A stretch of 64,000 nt of DNA. It comes from Pseudomonadota bacterium (lineage in GTDB: Bacteria > Bdellovibrionota_B > Oligoflexia > Silvanigrellales > Silvanigrellaceae). The notes under the pieces are model-generated. The model did not search any database, was not told the origin of the DNA, and saw only the letters and a list, made by a program, of their open reading frames with translations. The stretch lies in assembly GCA_039799905.1 (NCBI GenBank), contig JBDLRP010000006.1, positions 1 through 64,000 of the forward strand, given 5' to 3'. The first letter of the stretch is position 1. Each line of letters opens with the position of its first letter. This document shows positions 10,326 to 19,515 of the stretch, piece after piece. The position numbers and the translations under genes are program-made.

Positions 10326-10802
10326 GTGTTTTCAAAGAAGTCACAGTCTGAGATCACACCAAACCGTCAGCTCGAGGGAGCGCCAAAGCAAAGGTCTCGT
10401 GGTATATCGATGCTTGCGGACGGTTGCAGCTTTCAAGGTAAAATGTTCCTGCAAGGAGAATCGCGCGTGGGTGGTCACGTCGATGGTTCAGTGATTTGTG
10501 ACGGTGTACTGACCGTTGAGGAATCTGCTGTAATCAGCGGCGACCTGAATGGGGTTGTCGTACTATTCAATGGACGTATTGACGGTAATCTTAAAGCGAC
10601 CGACCTGCTCCGACTGAGCCCGACGGCGCGAGTTTACGGCGACCTCGTAGCCAAGCGACTGATCGTTGAAGACGGTGCCCGCATTGAGGGGCGTGTTTCC
10701 CAACTCACAGCGCACGAAAACAACCCCGAAAGCTCCATAGATTCAGAGGAATCCATGGAAAAACAAAATACTGATGATCCAACCATGCAGTTGGCCGTCT
10801 GA
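10326..10802 (+). CDS. Bactofilin (polymer-forming cytoskeletal protein)
   Basis: GTG start after GGAG gives MFSKK; beta-helix repeats (SFQGKM, RVGGHVDGSV, GRIDGNL, VYGDL, IVEDGARIEG). Confidence 0.88.
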   Translation: MFSKKSQSEITPNRQLEGAPKQRSRGISMLADGCSFQGKMFLQGESRVGGHVDGSVICDGVLTVEESAVISGDLNGVVVLFNGRIDGNLKATDLLRLSPTARVYGDLVAKRLIVEDGARIEGRVSQLTAHENNPESSIDSEESMEKQNTDDPTMQLAV

Positions 10803-10814
10803 TGAAGTTTTGAG

Positions 10815-11294
10815 GTGAACGTGACGTCATCATCTGCGGCAGACAAAAAAAGGACGATCAAGGAAATTTACCGGAATTCCAGCGAGCGCATTTCTCTCGC
10901 ACTAAAACTTTTTGGGCAACCCAAACAAGATGAGCCGCTGGTATTGCAGGCGGAGCGGGACTTCGAAACTATTTCTAGCCTGCTCGTCAATGTGGTCAAT
11001 GCACAGCAGCAAGAAGACGCGAACGATTACAAATCCGCTATTATGGATGTCGGGTCTTGGCTTGTTGGCGTATATACCAAAGTCTATCTCGACAGCCACA
11101 AAACTCATCAACCGAACTGTCTTTATGTGGTCAAGCGGGGACTTGAAGTCCTGCACCTGATGCTTCACCGTGACCTTCGGCGCCGCCAGTTGTCACCGAC
11201 AGAGAGTCAGGTTTTTCATGAGTTCAAGAAGCTCATTTCGACAATGCCCAAGCCGGCTGCGTCAAATTCCAACGGCTTCACGAAAGCGATGTGA
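10815..11294 (+). CDS. Hypothetical helical protein downstream of bactofilin
   Basis: 159-aa ORF starting 12 nt after the bactofilin stop. Confidence 0.7.
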   Translation: MNVTSSSAADKKRTIKEIYRNSSERISLALKLFGQPKQDEPLVLQAERDFETISSLLVNVVNAQQQEDANDYKSAIMDVGSWLVGVYTKVYLDSHKTHQPNCLYVVKRGLEVLHLMLHRDLRRRQLSPTESQVFHEFKKLISTMPKPAASNSNGFTKAM

Positions 11295-11299
11295 CGCGT

Positions 11300-11647
11300 T
11301 TACCAATAGTCGGCGGTCAACACCAAATCCCCCTGCGCCCTGCATAGACACGTCAGTCGCAAATCATCCGCAAGGCCTTGACGCTGGATTGTCTGGCTCT
11401 CGAATTCGGTTTTGCCGGTGATAGAACCCGCATGCGGTGAAACAGCCCGCACGGCACATTTTCCGCAAACCCCAACCCCCGAACACGAAGCTCCGACCGG
11501 CACGCCATATCTTCTGAGCAGCACCCAGAGATTCACACCGCGGCGCGCACTGATGGTTTTGAAGATCTCGCCGCTTTTTTTTCGCAGCTCGATTGTAATC
11601 TTGTCTGCGGATGAAGCAGCCTGACTGAAAACGCGGGTCATGGACAC
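11300..11647 (-). CDS. 2Fe-2S ferredoxin-like protein
   Basis: CSGVGVCGKC ... RLTC cysteine pattern. Confidence 0.85.
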   Translation of the reverse strand: MSMTRVFSQAASSADKITIELRKKSGEIFKTISARRGVNLWVLLRRYGVPVGASCSGVGVCGKCAVRAVSPHAGSITGKTEFESQTIQRQGLADDLRLTCLCRAQGDLVLTADYW

Positions 11648-11668
11648 CTCGGACTCATTCTTCGACCA

Positions 11669-12448
11669 TCATTTACGAAATTGAGGTTTACGTTTCTCGG
11701 TGAAGGCGGTCAGTCCCTCGCGTGATTCGGCCGACTCAAAGCGCTGGGCAAAAGCGCGCGCTTCAATCTCAAAGCCAAGTTCACCGGTACTTTGAGCAGC
11801 AACCCGTGCGCAATGCTTTGCGGCGCGGACGGACTGTGGACCCTGTGATGCAATTGCGCGAGCAACGGATTCAACACAAGCCGCCAATTCCTCACGCACA
11901 ACAACACGATTCAACAAACCCAAATTGAACGCCGTCTGAGCGTCATATCGTTCAGCAGAGGTCATCCATTCCAGAGCGCGAGCATAGCCCAGCCTGTGAA
12001 CCAGCCGCTGAGTTCCGCCAAAACCCGGGATAAGCCCCAAGCCGACTTCGGGCAAACCAAATTTCGCATTCTGTGATGAAATCATGAAGTCGGCCGCAAG
12101 GGCGAGTTCGAGTCCTCCGCCCAGTGCAAAGCCCTGTACTTGCGCAACTACAACCTGCGGCAGGTTGTGCATAGCGTGAAAAACCTGCTGACCAAATCGG
12201 GAAAATTCATACGCCTGTGAGCTCTTGAAGTTGAGCATTTCCTTGATGTCAGCACCGGCCACGAAAGCTTTATCGCCAGCTGTCCTGAGAATAATCACGC
12301 TCAAGTCTTCACGAACGGAAAACTCCTGAACAGCTTTAAACAACTCACTCAGAACTTCCGGATTCAACGCGTTCAAGGCATCTGGTCGGGAAATCTCGAG
12401 ACAGCCGATGCCCGTTTCAAAGTCTGAGACCTTAACAAATTGCGCCAT
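11669..12448 (-). CDS. Enoyl-CoA hydratase (crotonase family)
   Basis: AFVAGADI, GFALGGGLELALAAD, FGLPEVGLGLIPGFGGTQRL. Confidence 0.93.
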   Translation of the reverse strand: MAQFVKVSDFETGIGCLEISRPDALNALNPEVLSELFKAVQEFSVREDLSVIILRTAGDKAFVAGADIKEMLNFKSSQAYEFSRFGQQVFHAMHNLPQVVVAQVQGFALGGGLELALAADFMISSQNAKFGLPEVGLGLIPGFGGTQRLVHRLGYARALEWMTSAERYDAQTAFNLGLLNRVVVREELAACVESVARAIASQGPQSVRAAKHCARVAAQSTGELGFEIEARAFAQRFESAESREGLTAFTEKRKPQFRK

Positions 12449-12492
12449 CGCTTTCCCCTGTTTGTACATTGGTAAAAATTGTTTTTAACAGC

Positions 12493-13266
12493 CTAATCCC
12501 AACCTGGCAAAGTGAACGATTTAAAAGTGACGCCATCAGCAGTCGTTTTTGATCGCGTTTTCCGGCGCCCATGGGTAGCATGGAATTCCATCAAAACCTT
12601 TTGCGAAAGTCCGCTTCTGCTGTCGCGTAAAACAACGAACGAGCGAACGACTCCTTTTTTGGGAGCGATCCACCAGCCCCGTCGAAAGTGATCAACCTCG
12701 ATTTTGATCTCTGCAGGTGTACCCGCCGTGACATCCGAATAATGAACGGAGCTCAAAAAATAGCGATCCGAGTGGATGACCTGACGGAGGTGCGCGTCGG
12801 CCTGACGGACAAGCATCCATTGACTGCAGTATTGGCTCTGTTGGACTCCGTCCTTCCTGAGCGAAATGGGGTACCATTGCCAGTCGACTTCGATATTTTG
12901 TGCTTCAGCCCATGTTTTTAGCCTTGACTGTTTTCGTTTTTCCATCGCTTTGAAAAACACATTGTGTTGGTCCACACGCTCTGCGCGGAATAGTCCATAC
13001 ATGCACTGGTCGCCACGTTTTGTGGTCTGCTTGAGCAGCCAGAGTTCACCGCGGTGAATGGTTGTTTGCAATTCTTGAAATTCACTTCGATTGACCATCA
13101 CCAATGACTTTTTTCGCCACGAAATCTTCTCGCGCTTTTTGACGATATGCTCCTGAACTTCGGTTTGAGTTGCCGGCGACTGCGAGCTCCGGCTGCGCCA
13201 TAACCGGCTTACAGCAAAAATAATCAGCAACGCTGCGGACAAAATCAAAAATAGTCGCACAAACAT
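12493..13266 (-). CDS. Hypothetical membrane-anchored, basic protein
   Basis: 257-aa ORF with an N-terminal hydrophobic helix. Confidence 0.65.
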   Translation of the reverse strand: MFVRLFLILSAALLIIFAVSRLWRSRSSQSPATQTEVQEHIVKKREKISWRKKSLVMVNRSEFQELQTTIHRGELWLLKQTTKRGDQCMYGLFRAERVDQHNVFFKAMEKRKQSRLKTWAEAQNIEVDWQWYPISLRKDGVQQSQYCSQWMLVRQADAHLRQVIHSDRYFLSSVHYSDVTAGTPAEIKIEVDHFRRGWWIAPKKGVVRSFVVLRDSRSGLSQKVLMEFHATHGRRKTRSKTTADGVTFKSFTLPGWD

Positions 13267-13299
13267 AAAAAAAGCCCCAGATACTATGCTCTGGGGCTT
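13267..13299 (-). terminator. Intrinsic terminator downstream of the 13351..13845 gene
   Basis: Minus strand AAGCCCCAGA-GCATAGTA-TCTGGGGCTTTTTTT. Confidence 0.8.
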
Positions 13300-13350
13300 C
13301 TCATAGTTCAGGACAATCTCAGCTCGGGCTGATCAACAATTTCCGATCCG

Positions 13351-13845
13351 TCAGGATGGATTATTGTTCTTTTTCAAGTACGTCCGACTCGGCAAAACAC
13401 GGGGGTTTTCGCCTGTCGTTGCGCTTGTCAACGACGCATAGCTGGCTCCAAGATTTGCTTGGTTCTGCCCAGCGGAAATCAAGGAACTCTTGTTAATGCC
13501 GACTGCGGATCCTGTTTGGACCTGCGACTGCGGGTTCGAATCCTCGAACCGATTCACACCCGAGAGCGGAATTCTACCACCCGCAGACTGAAGTCCAACA
13601 CGTGAACTCTCGCGCAATTGCGCAACCCGCCTCAGGCGAGAGAGCAGACGTTCTCCCGAATCAACAGATGCAACGAGCTTGTCCAGACCCGAAGCAACCT
13701 CGCGCTGATCGTTAACCGACGCTGAAGTCATCAGACGGCAGAGTTGACGGTGATCTTCAAACCAGTTTTCGAGATCTTTTACCAAATCATCGTTGTCTTG
13801 CGTGGCGCCCGACGGCGACACGTATACGACCTGTATGCCTCGCAC
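13351..13845 (-). CDS. Hypothetical protein with predicted sigma-28 promoters
   Basis: GTG start with strong AAAGGAGGTG SD; helical N-half and low-complexity C-half; own terminator. Confidence 0.75.
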   Translation of the reverse strand: MRGIQVVYVSPSGATQDNDDLVKDLENWFEDHRQLCRLMTSASVNDQREVASGLDKLVASVDSGERLLSRLRRVAQLRESSRVGLQSAGGRIPLSGVNRFEDSNPQSQVQTGSAVGINKSSLISAGQNQANLGASYASLTSATTGENPRVLPSRTYLKKNNNPS

Positions 13846-13881
13846 AGCTCACCTCCTTTCGCTCACAAACGAAGCGCATGA

Positions 13882-13908
13882 CCTTCGGCAGTTTGTCCCA
13901 AGACTTTA
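13882..13908 (-). promoter_or_regulatory. Sigma-28 (FliA)-like promoter P2
   Basis: TAAA-GTCTTGGGACAAACT(15 nt)-GCCGAAGG versus consensus TAAA-N15-GCCGATAA. Confidence 0.65.
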
Positions 13909-13945
13909 CTGCAAATCGAAGAGCGCTCCCTACCTCCTATTTGCC

Positions 13946-13972
13946 TCTTCGGCAGGGATTCTGACAGCTTGA
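13946..13972 (-). promoter_or_regulatory. Sigma-28 (FliA)-like promoter P1
   Basis: TCAA-GCTGTCAGAATCCCT(15 nt)-GCCGAAGA. Confidence 0.6.
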
Positions 13973-13987
13973 ACACTTTTGCAAAAA

Positions 13988-14782
13988 CTAAAGACGAAAT
14001 TGGATGGGCTGAGAAATAGCAGTATTTCTGAGGATATACCGAGAAGCCAAAACCAGCTGATCGTGTTCGACGGAAGTCCGACAGAGAACAGTCACGCGGT
14101 CGTTGAGACTTTCCTCGACAAGCCAAACCAAAATCTCCCGCAGGATCAGCTCCATACGATCACTCGGCCGCAAGCGCAAATAGTCTCGAAGCCGAACGAA
14201 GTTGCCATGCGAGAGACGCCAGCGGGCGAGCGCAGAAAAGAACGCTTCGAGCATTTCGGTGTCAGGCGCAAGAACTACCGTGGATGCACGCAGGTTTAGA
14301 ACACGGCGAAACATCTCCCGTAAAACGACAGCTATCGCATCCGAGACACCCTGCGTTTCGGCGATTTCACGCGAGCACCAAGGTTGTACAAGCGATGGCC
14401 CGTCGGCAGATGAAAAGTGAGGATGCACCCCCGAAAGAATCCATCTGCGGATTGAACGAACATCAATTGATTCAGACCTTCTGCGGAGTATTTGCCGCAT
14501 GCGGCCGCCCGCCTCCGAGAATTCGGCCGCGCCGAGGAAGATTGGTTCTGATGAAAAGGGTAGAAGTGCTTCGCGCGAGACTGCACGCATCAACGTGTCC
14601 TTCAGAAAGACCGGTGATACTGCTAGTTCCGTGCTTGCTTTGCTGGATAGAACCGCTTGCGGCACAGCAGCAAAGAATCCCAAGCCCAAAACGGAGTCGG
14701 GCAAGTCGCCGTCACGCGAAAGCTCGTTTAAAAACATGTTCAAACGATGTTCAGATTTAAACAGGTACAGTTCCCTTTGCAC
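13988..14782 (-). CDS. Hypothetical protein
   Basis: 264-aa ORF co-oriented downstream of nusB; GGAAGGA SD before the GTG start. Confidence 0.6.
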   Translation of the reverse strand: MQRELYLFKSEHRLNMFLNELSRDGDLPDSVLGLGFFAAVPQAVLSSKASTELAVSPVFLKDTLMRAVSREALLPFSSEPIFLGAAEFSEAGGRMRQILRRRSESIDVRSIRRWILSGVHPHFSSADGPSLVQPWCSREIAETQGVSDAIAVVLREMFRRVLNLRASTVVLAPDTEMLEAFFSALARWRLSHGNFVRLRDYLRLRPSDRMELILREILVWLVEESLNDRVTVLCRTSVEHDQLVLASRYILRNTAISQPIQFRL

Positions 14783-14826
14783 CTTTTCATCCTTCCATGA
14801 ACTATTCTAACGGCCGGAGCTGTGGC

Positions 14827-15288
14827 CTATTTTCTCTGGCTCTGGGCCGACTTTGCAACGCTGTCGAGAACGCCGTTTATAAAGCTGCCCGAGGCCGATG
14901 AGCCAAACTGTTTGCCAAGTTCGACTCCCTCGGAAATGATAACATCTTTGGGAACTTCAGATCGTGTCATCAATTCTGCAGTGCAAATTCTGAGGATTGC
15001 GAGGTCGACCCGAGCGATGCGCGAGAGCTTCCAGTTCGAGGCCGACGATTCGATGCGGGCGTCAACAGCCTCACGCTGTTCATTGAACGTCTGCACCGCC
15101 AGTCGGACGAATGGATGCAGTTGTTCATCAACCTCATTTTGCTGAAAAAAAGTCTGCATAACAGACTCCGGCAGAAACGTTTGCTGGGCCGCTTCCAGTT
15201 GATACACAAGTAGGACAGCAAATCTGCGCGCATCACGTAGTTGATTGGGCTTGAGCGCCGCCGCGGCGAAGCTCCATTGCGAGATCAT
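14827..15288 (-). CDS. nusB: Transcription antitermination factor NusB
   Basis: ARRFAVLLVYQ, NWKLSRIARVDLAILR, FINGVLD; overlaps the ribH stop (conserved ribH-nusB pair). Confidence 0.93.
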   Translation of the reverse strand: MISQWSFAAAALKPNQLRDARRFAVLLVYQLEAAQQTFLPESVMQTFFQQNEVDEQLHPFVRLAVQTFNEQREAVDARIESSASNWKLSRIARVDLAILRICTAELMTRSEVPKDVIISEGVELGKQFGSSASGSFINGVLDSVAKSAQSQRK

Positions 15289-15752
15289 TCGTTGCCTCCG
15301 GAACGGCTCAAGAGAGCGCGAGTTTCAATCATTTCTAGAACAGTCTCGGCTGTTTCAGCTCCCTTGTTGCCGGTTTTTCCACCCGCGCGATCCAATGCCT
15401 GCTCCAGCGTCTCGCAGGTCAGGATTCCAAATCCGACCGGCGCCGAACGGGCCAGCTGAAGGTTCATTAATCCGCTCGAGCATGTCGAACAAACATAATC
15501 ATAATGGCTTGTTGAACCACGAATGACGGCTCCAAGAACAATCACACCGTCCACCTTCTGTGCATCGAAAAGCCATTGGGCAGCCAACGGAGACTCAAAT
15601 GCACCCGGCACTTCGATTTCGACGATTTGCTCGCTCTTGATGCCCCTACGCTTGAGCAACGAGTGAGCACCTTCTGCCAGTCTCCGCGTCACCAACTCAT
15701 TGAAACGACAGATAACCATGCCGATTTTGATAGGTTTTTGGCGAACTGACAT
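15285..15752 (-). CDS. ribH: 6,7-dimethyl-8-ribityllumazine synthase
   Basis: RFNELVT, VPGAFE, LGAVIRGSTSHYDYV, GNKGAE. Confidence 0.95.
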   Translation of the reverse strand: MSVRQKPIKIGMVICRFNELVTRRLAEGAHSLLKRRGIKSEQIVEIEVPGAFESPLAAQWLFDAQKVDGVIVLGAVIRGSTSHYDYVCSTCSSGLMNLQLARSAPVGFGILTCETLEQALDRAGGKTGNKGAETAETVLEMIETRALLSRSGGNE

Positions 15753-15817
15753 AAACCACCCCAAACGAAAATTACACGACCGTCCCCCACCGTGGGGAGA
15801 GCGGGCTTACTCCAAAT

Positions 15818-16960
15818 TTACGACTCGAGTAAATGGCGGGCGATGATCATTCGCTGGATTTGCGAGGTGCCCTCGTAGATTTGGAAAATTTTCGCGTCAC
15901 GCATCAACATTTCTACAGGATATTCACGGTTGTAGCCGTATCCGCCGAAAATCTGGACGGCATCCGTCGTGATCCGCATGCACGAATCTGCCGCAAGCAA
16001 TTTCGCGATTGACGCTGTGTACGTGTTTCGCTGGCCGCCATCGACTTCGTTTGCCGATTTCCAAACAAGCAGCCGGCTGGCTTCGATATCCCGCGCCATT
16101 TCAGCAATGATGAATTGCACCGCCTGATGTTCTGCAATCGGCTTACCAAAGGTTGAACGGTGTTTGGCGTAATCGATGGCACATTTCATTGCGCGCTCGG
16201 CAAGCCCAACAGCACCGCTGGCAACCACCGGGCGAGTTCTGTCGAAGGCGCCCATCGCAAGCCGAAAACCGTCACCCTCTTTTCCAAGCATGTACTTGGC
16301 AGGGATTTCGACGTTTTCAAAGGTCACACCGCGTGTGTCGGAGCAACGCTGCCCCATATTGTCTTCTTTCTTTCCGACAATCACTCCAGGAGTGTTTGCA
16401 GGCACAACAAATCCGGTCATGCCCTTATGTCCAGCCGCGGGATCGGTTTTCGCAAGAACAAAAAACCACTTGGCATAGCCGGCGTTGGTAATCCACATTT
16501 TGGAACCGTTGATGACGTACTTATCGCCAATCTTTTTTGCGGTTGTTTTGATGCTGGCGACATCAGATCCAGCTCCCGGCTCTGTCACGCAGTAGGCAGC
16601 CATGTGAGGCTCATCAACCATGGGAGCCAAAAACTCTTTCCAGATTGTTTCGTTTCCGCCGAGAATGACAGGCACTCCGGCCAATTCGTTAGCGAGCGCC
16701 GCAGTGCAAAAGCCGGCACTGCCAGTTGCAAGTGCCTCACCGATCAGCGAATGGCCGAAAACCCCGAGTCCGAGACCACCCACAGATTCAGGAACGAATG
16801 CATTGAGCAAGCCAAGCGAATGTGCCTTTGCGAGAAGGTCTGTAGGAAATCGAGCAGTTTCGTCGAGCTCACGTGCCTTGGGCCAGACTTCCTTGTTTGC
16901 AAAGTCGTGAGCGAGGTCAAAAAGTGCCTGAAATTCGTCACTGAGTTTAAACATAGACAT
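15818..16960 (-). CDS. Acyl-CoA dehydrogenase (MCAD-like)
   Basis: [39 protein letters not shown]. Confidence 0.94.
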   Translation of the reverse strand: MSMFKLSDEFQALFDLAHDFANKEVWPKARELDETARFPTDLLAKAHSLGLLNAFVPESVGGLGLGVFGHSLIGEALATGSAGFCTAALANELAGVPVILGGNETIWKEFLAPMVDEPHMAAYCVTEPGAGSDVASIKTTAKKIGDKYVINGSKMWITNAGYAKWFFVLAKTDPAAGHKGMTGFVVPANTPGVIVGKKEDNMGQRCSDTRGVTFENVEIPAKYMLGKEGDGFRLAMGAFDRTRPVVASGAVGLAERAMKCAIDYAKHRSTFGKPIAEHQAVQFIIAEMARDIEASRLLVWKSANEVDGGQRNTYTASIAKLLAADSCMRITTDAVQIFGGYGYNREYPVEMLMRDAKIFQIYEGTSQIQRMIIARHLLES

Positions 16961-17036
16961 AAAATGAACCCCCCGGTGTTACCTCAGCAGTCTATCACCG
17001 GCCTCCAACGGACGCCTCGCATCATCTCCAAAGGTT

Positions 17037-17051
17037 TGGCACGTCAATAGC
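17037..17051 (+). promoter_or_regulatory. Candidate sigma-54 -24/-12 promoter upstream of the 17148 acyl-CoA dehydrogenase
   Basis: TGGCACGTCAATAGC: GG-N10-GC spacing, TGGCACG perfect, -12 box TAGC instead of TTGC. Confidence 0.4.
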
Positions 17052-17147
17052 GCCACGCATCCGTCAATATGATTTGCTGTACAGTCAGTCTGCAGTGCTA
17101 AAATCAAAGCACATTAATTTGCTTTCAGGCGGGAGGTTAAGTCACCA

Positions 17148-18908
17148 ATGGGTGCTGGCAAATCTAGCTTTATGAAAAGTGTGTTCAACGGAACCATTCC
17201 TGAATCACAGCTGCATCATTTTCCATTTTTCAACACAAACCGCGAAGAAGAATTTCGCCTCGTCTCGCAGTCGATCGGCGACTGGCTGAAAGACAACGTT
17301 GATCCCATGAAGCTTGACGACGAGAAGAAACTTTCGCCGGAAATTCTTCAGGGCCTGCGCGAAATGGGTCTGTTTGGACTCATCATTCCAGAAATCCACG
17401 GCGGGTCTGAATTCACGCAGACACTCTATACGCGCACCCTTGAACTCATGAACAAGCACGAAAGCTGTGTGACTCTGACGGTGGGCGCGCACCAGTCGAT
17501 TGGACTGAAGGGCCTCTACCTTTACGGCAACGAAGCACAAAAAAAGAAGTACATGCCAAGGCTGGCGACCGGCGAGATGATTGCCGCATTCGCGCTGACC
17601 GAACCTACCGCGGGTTCGGATGCCGCGGGTATCAAGGCGCGGCTGGTCAAAGATGGCGATCACTACATCCTCAACGGTTCAAAGCTGTGGATTACCAACG
17701 GTGGCTTTGCCGATTTTTTCACGGTGTTTGCCAAGGAAAACGTTGACGGTGAAGACAAAATCACCGCAATTATGGTGACCCGTGACATGGGTGGCGTGAG
17801 CCATGGTCCTGAGGAGCACAAACTCGGCATCAAGGCTTCGAGCACCGTCGAGGTTTACTTCAAAGATGTCAAAGTGCCTGCAGAAAACGTTCTTGGAAAA
17901 CCGGGCGACGGCTTCAAGATTGCGATGGGAATTCTCAACCAAGGACGCCTCGGTTTGTCGGGAGGCGCACTCGGAACAATCAAGGCTGTAGTCGACCAGT
18001 CTGTGACCTATGCGAAAAACAGAAAAGCGTTTCAGCATGCCATCGCCGAGTTCGGCGTTATTCAAGACATGCTCAGCGAGATGATGTGTCACGCGTATGC
18101 CGTCGAATCGATGACCTATTTCACAACCGCGCTGGTTGATGCCGGTGACATCGATTATTCAATCGAGGCCGCAATCTGCAAAGTTTATGGAACAGAGGCT
18201 GCGTGGCGCGTGCTGAATCTTGGAATGCAAATTCACGGCGGCAACGGCTACATGAAGGATTACGGCCTCGAGCGCCGTTTGCGCGACAGCCGGATTGGAA
18301 TCATCTTCGAAGGAACAAACGAAATTTTACGCATGTTCCTTGCGATGACAGGGCTCAAGGAACCCGCCAGCGAATTCAAACGCATCGGCAAAGAACTGCA
18401 AAGCCTGCAAAACATCCGCAACCTCGAGTCGCTCAACGATGCGATCGGAAAAATTGGTGTCATTTCGGAATTCGCCCTTAACCAAGTGCGGCAGTCGGTT
18501 GTCAGTGAAAAATTGGAAGGCTTTCATCCGTCACTGGAAAAGGAAGTCAGCCGGTTGTCTGACTCAGCCAAAGCTCTTGCGACGGCGGCAAACAAACTCA
18601 TCCGCCAGTATGGGCAAAAGCTTGTCGACGAGCAGATCCAGCTCTGTCGTCTGGCGGATATCGCCATCGATACCTTTATGATTGCCGCTGTGTTGTGCCG
18701 TATCAACTCGGTGCTCGAAAAATGCGGCGGGCCGGAAAAGAATGCCACCGAACTTTCTGTGGCGCAGCTTATTGTCAGAAACGCAAAAGCCCGAATCAAT
18801 CAGAACGTCTACAGTATTAAGGCCAATCGGGATGCCGAGGTCAAACAAATTGCTCAATATCTCTGCGAGGTTGAGCGCTATCCTTTTGAACTCAGCAAAA
18901 TTTCATAA
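17148..18908 (+). CDS. Acyl-CoA dehydrogenase, VLCAD/ACAD9-like with C-terminal extension
   Basis: GAHQSIGLKG, FALTEPTAGSD, IFEGTNEILR; 586 aa; GGGAGG SD. Confidence 0.92.
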   Translation: MGAGKSSFMKSVFNGTIPESQLHHFPFFNTNREEEFRLVSQSIGDWLKDNVDPMKLDDEKKLSPEILQGLREMGLFGLIIPEIHGGSEFTQTLYTRTLELMNKHESCVTLTVGAHQSIGLKGLYLYGNEAQKKKYMPRLATGEMIAAFALTEPTAGSDAAGIKARLVKDGDHYILNGSKLWITNGGFADFFTVFAKENVDGEDKITAIMVTRDMGGVSHGPEEHKLGIKASSTVEVYFKDVKVPAENVLGKPGDGFKIAMGILNQGRLGLSGGALGTIKAVVDQSVTYAKNRKAFQHAIAEFGVIQDMLSEMMCHAYAVESMTYFTTALVDAGDIDYSIEAAICKVYGTEAAWRVLNLGMQIHGGNGYMKDYGLERRLRDSRIGIIFEGTNEILRMFLAMTGLKEPASEFKRIGKELQSLQNIRNLESLNDAIGKIGVISEFALNQVRQSVVSEKLEGFHPSLEKEVSRLSDSAKALATAANKLIRQYGQKLVDEQIQLCRLADIAIDTFMIAAVLCRINSVLEKCGGPEKNATELSVAQLIVRNAKARINQNVYSIKANRDAEVKQIAQYLCEVERYPFELSKIS

Positions 18909-18950
18909 ACTGCGCCGCAAAACGGCGTTGGAATTCCGACTCGCCCGACC

Positions 18951-18977
18951 TCAGGTTTGACCGCGGACGTCCGAACC
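18951..18977 (+). promoter_or_regulatory. Possible sigma-28-like promoter
   Basis: TCAG-GTTTGACCGCGGACG(15 nt)-TCCGAACC, ending 27 nt before the ATG at 19005. Confidence 0.35.
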
Positions 18978-19004
18978 CACTCTCGCAGACAGGAGGTCTT
19001 GCGA

Positions 19005-19478
19005 ATGGGTTCGTTTCCAACATCGGGTTATGCCTGGATGGCCACCACCGGAGCTATTGTCTGCTTCGCTTTGGTATACTCCTCATTCATTGTTCGTAAT
19101 TTCAGCATCAGGTCGGCCCGACATCCCGTACGTCGACTCGGCCGATCGATTTCAGCCATGAGCCGCGCAGGGCGCGGCAGCCGTGTGAGACGATTCGAAT
19201 CCATTGCGCGCGGTGTTGTGAGCGATGTTGAAGATGCGCTTCAGCCACCCTTGTGCCACAGACACGCTCGATCATTTCTGCCAATACTTTCTGATGTCCG
19301 CAGACGCGGCCAGCTGCTGCTGCAACAACAGACAAACGCACACCGTGTCGCATCTCCCGACAGAGAGCGGGACCTGACAAATCTGGTTATGCGACTCTTT
19401 ACTCTGGAGGCACAGCTCAAAGCATTGCCAAAGCCGTCTGTCACAATCGAAGAAGTTTTATCTGGAAAGTTTGAGTAA
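19005..19478 (+). CDS. Hypothetical single-pass membrane protein
   Basis: AGGAGG SD; N-terminal hydrophobic helix. Confidence 0.65.
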   Translation: MGSFPTSGYAWMATTGAIVCFALVYSSFIVRNFSIRSARHPVRRLGRSISAMSRAGRGSRVRRFESIARGVVSDVEDALQPPLCHRHARSFLPILSDVRRRGQLLLQQQTNAHRVASPDRERDLTNLVMRLFTLEAQLKALPKPSVTIEEVLSGKFE

Positions 19479-19515
19479 TAAGGAAGCCCGACGCATGTTC
19501 AAAAGGACTCAACAA

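Noticed and set aside
13880..13950. c-di-GMP-I riboswitch (GGCAAA ... CTGCCGAA resemblance)
   Set aside because: Lacks the GAAA tetraloop/receptor and the GCAAAG junction; better explained as sigma-28 -10 boxes. An Infernal scan would settle it.
15753..15817. FMN riboswitch upstream of ribH
   Set aside because: The gap is only about 65 nt with a single CCCCA/TGGGG hairpin; too short, and the conserved FMN aptamer motifs are absent.
16160..17050. 296-aa plus-strand ORF (and similar ORFs at 24336..25118 and 54068..54847)
   Set aside because: Antisense shadows of well-supported minus-strand genes.
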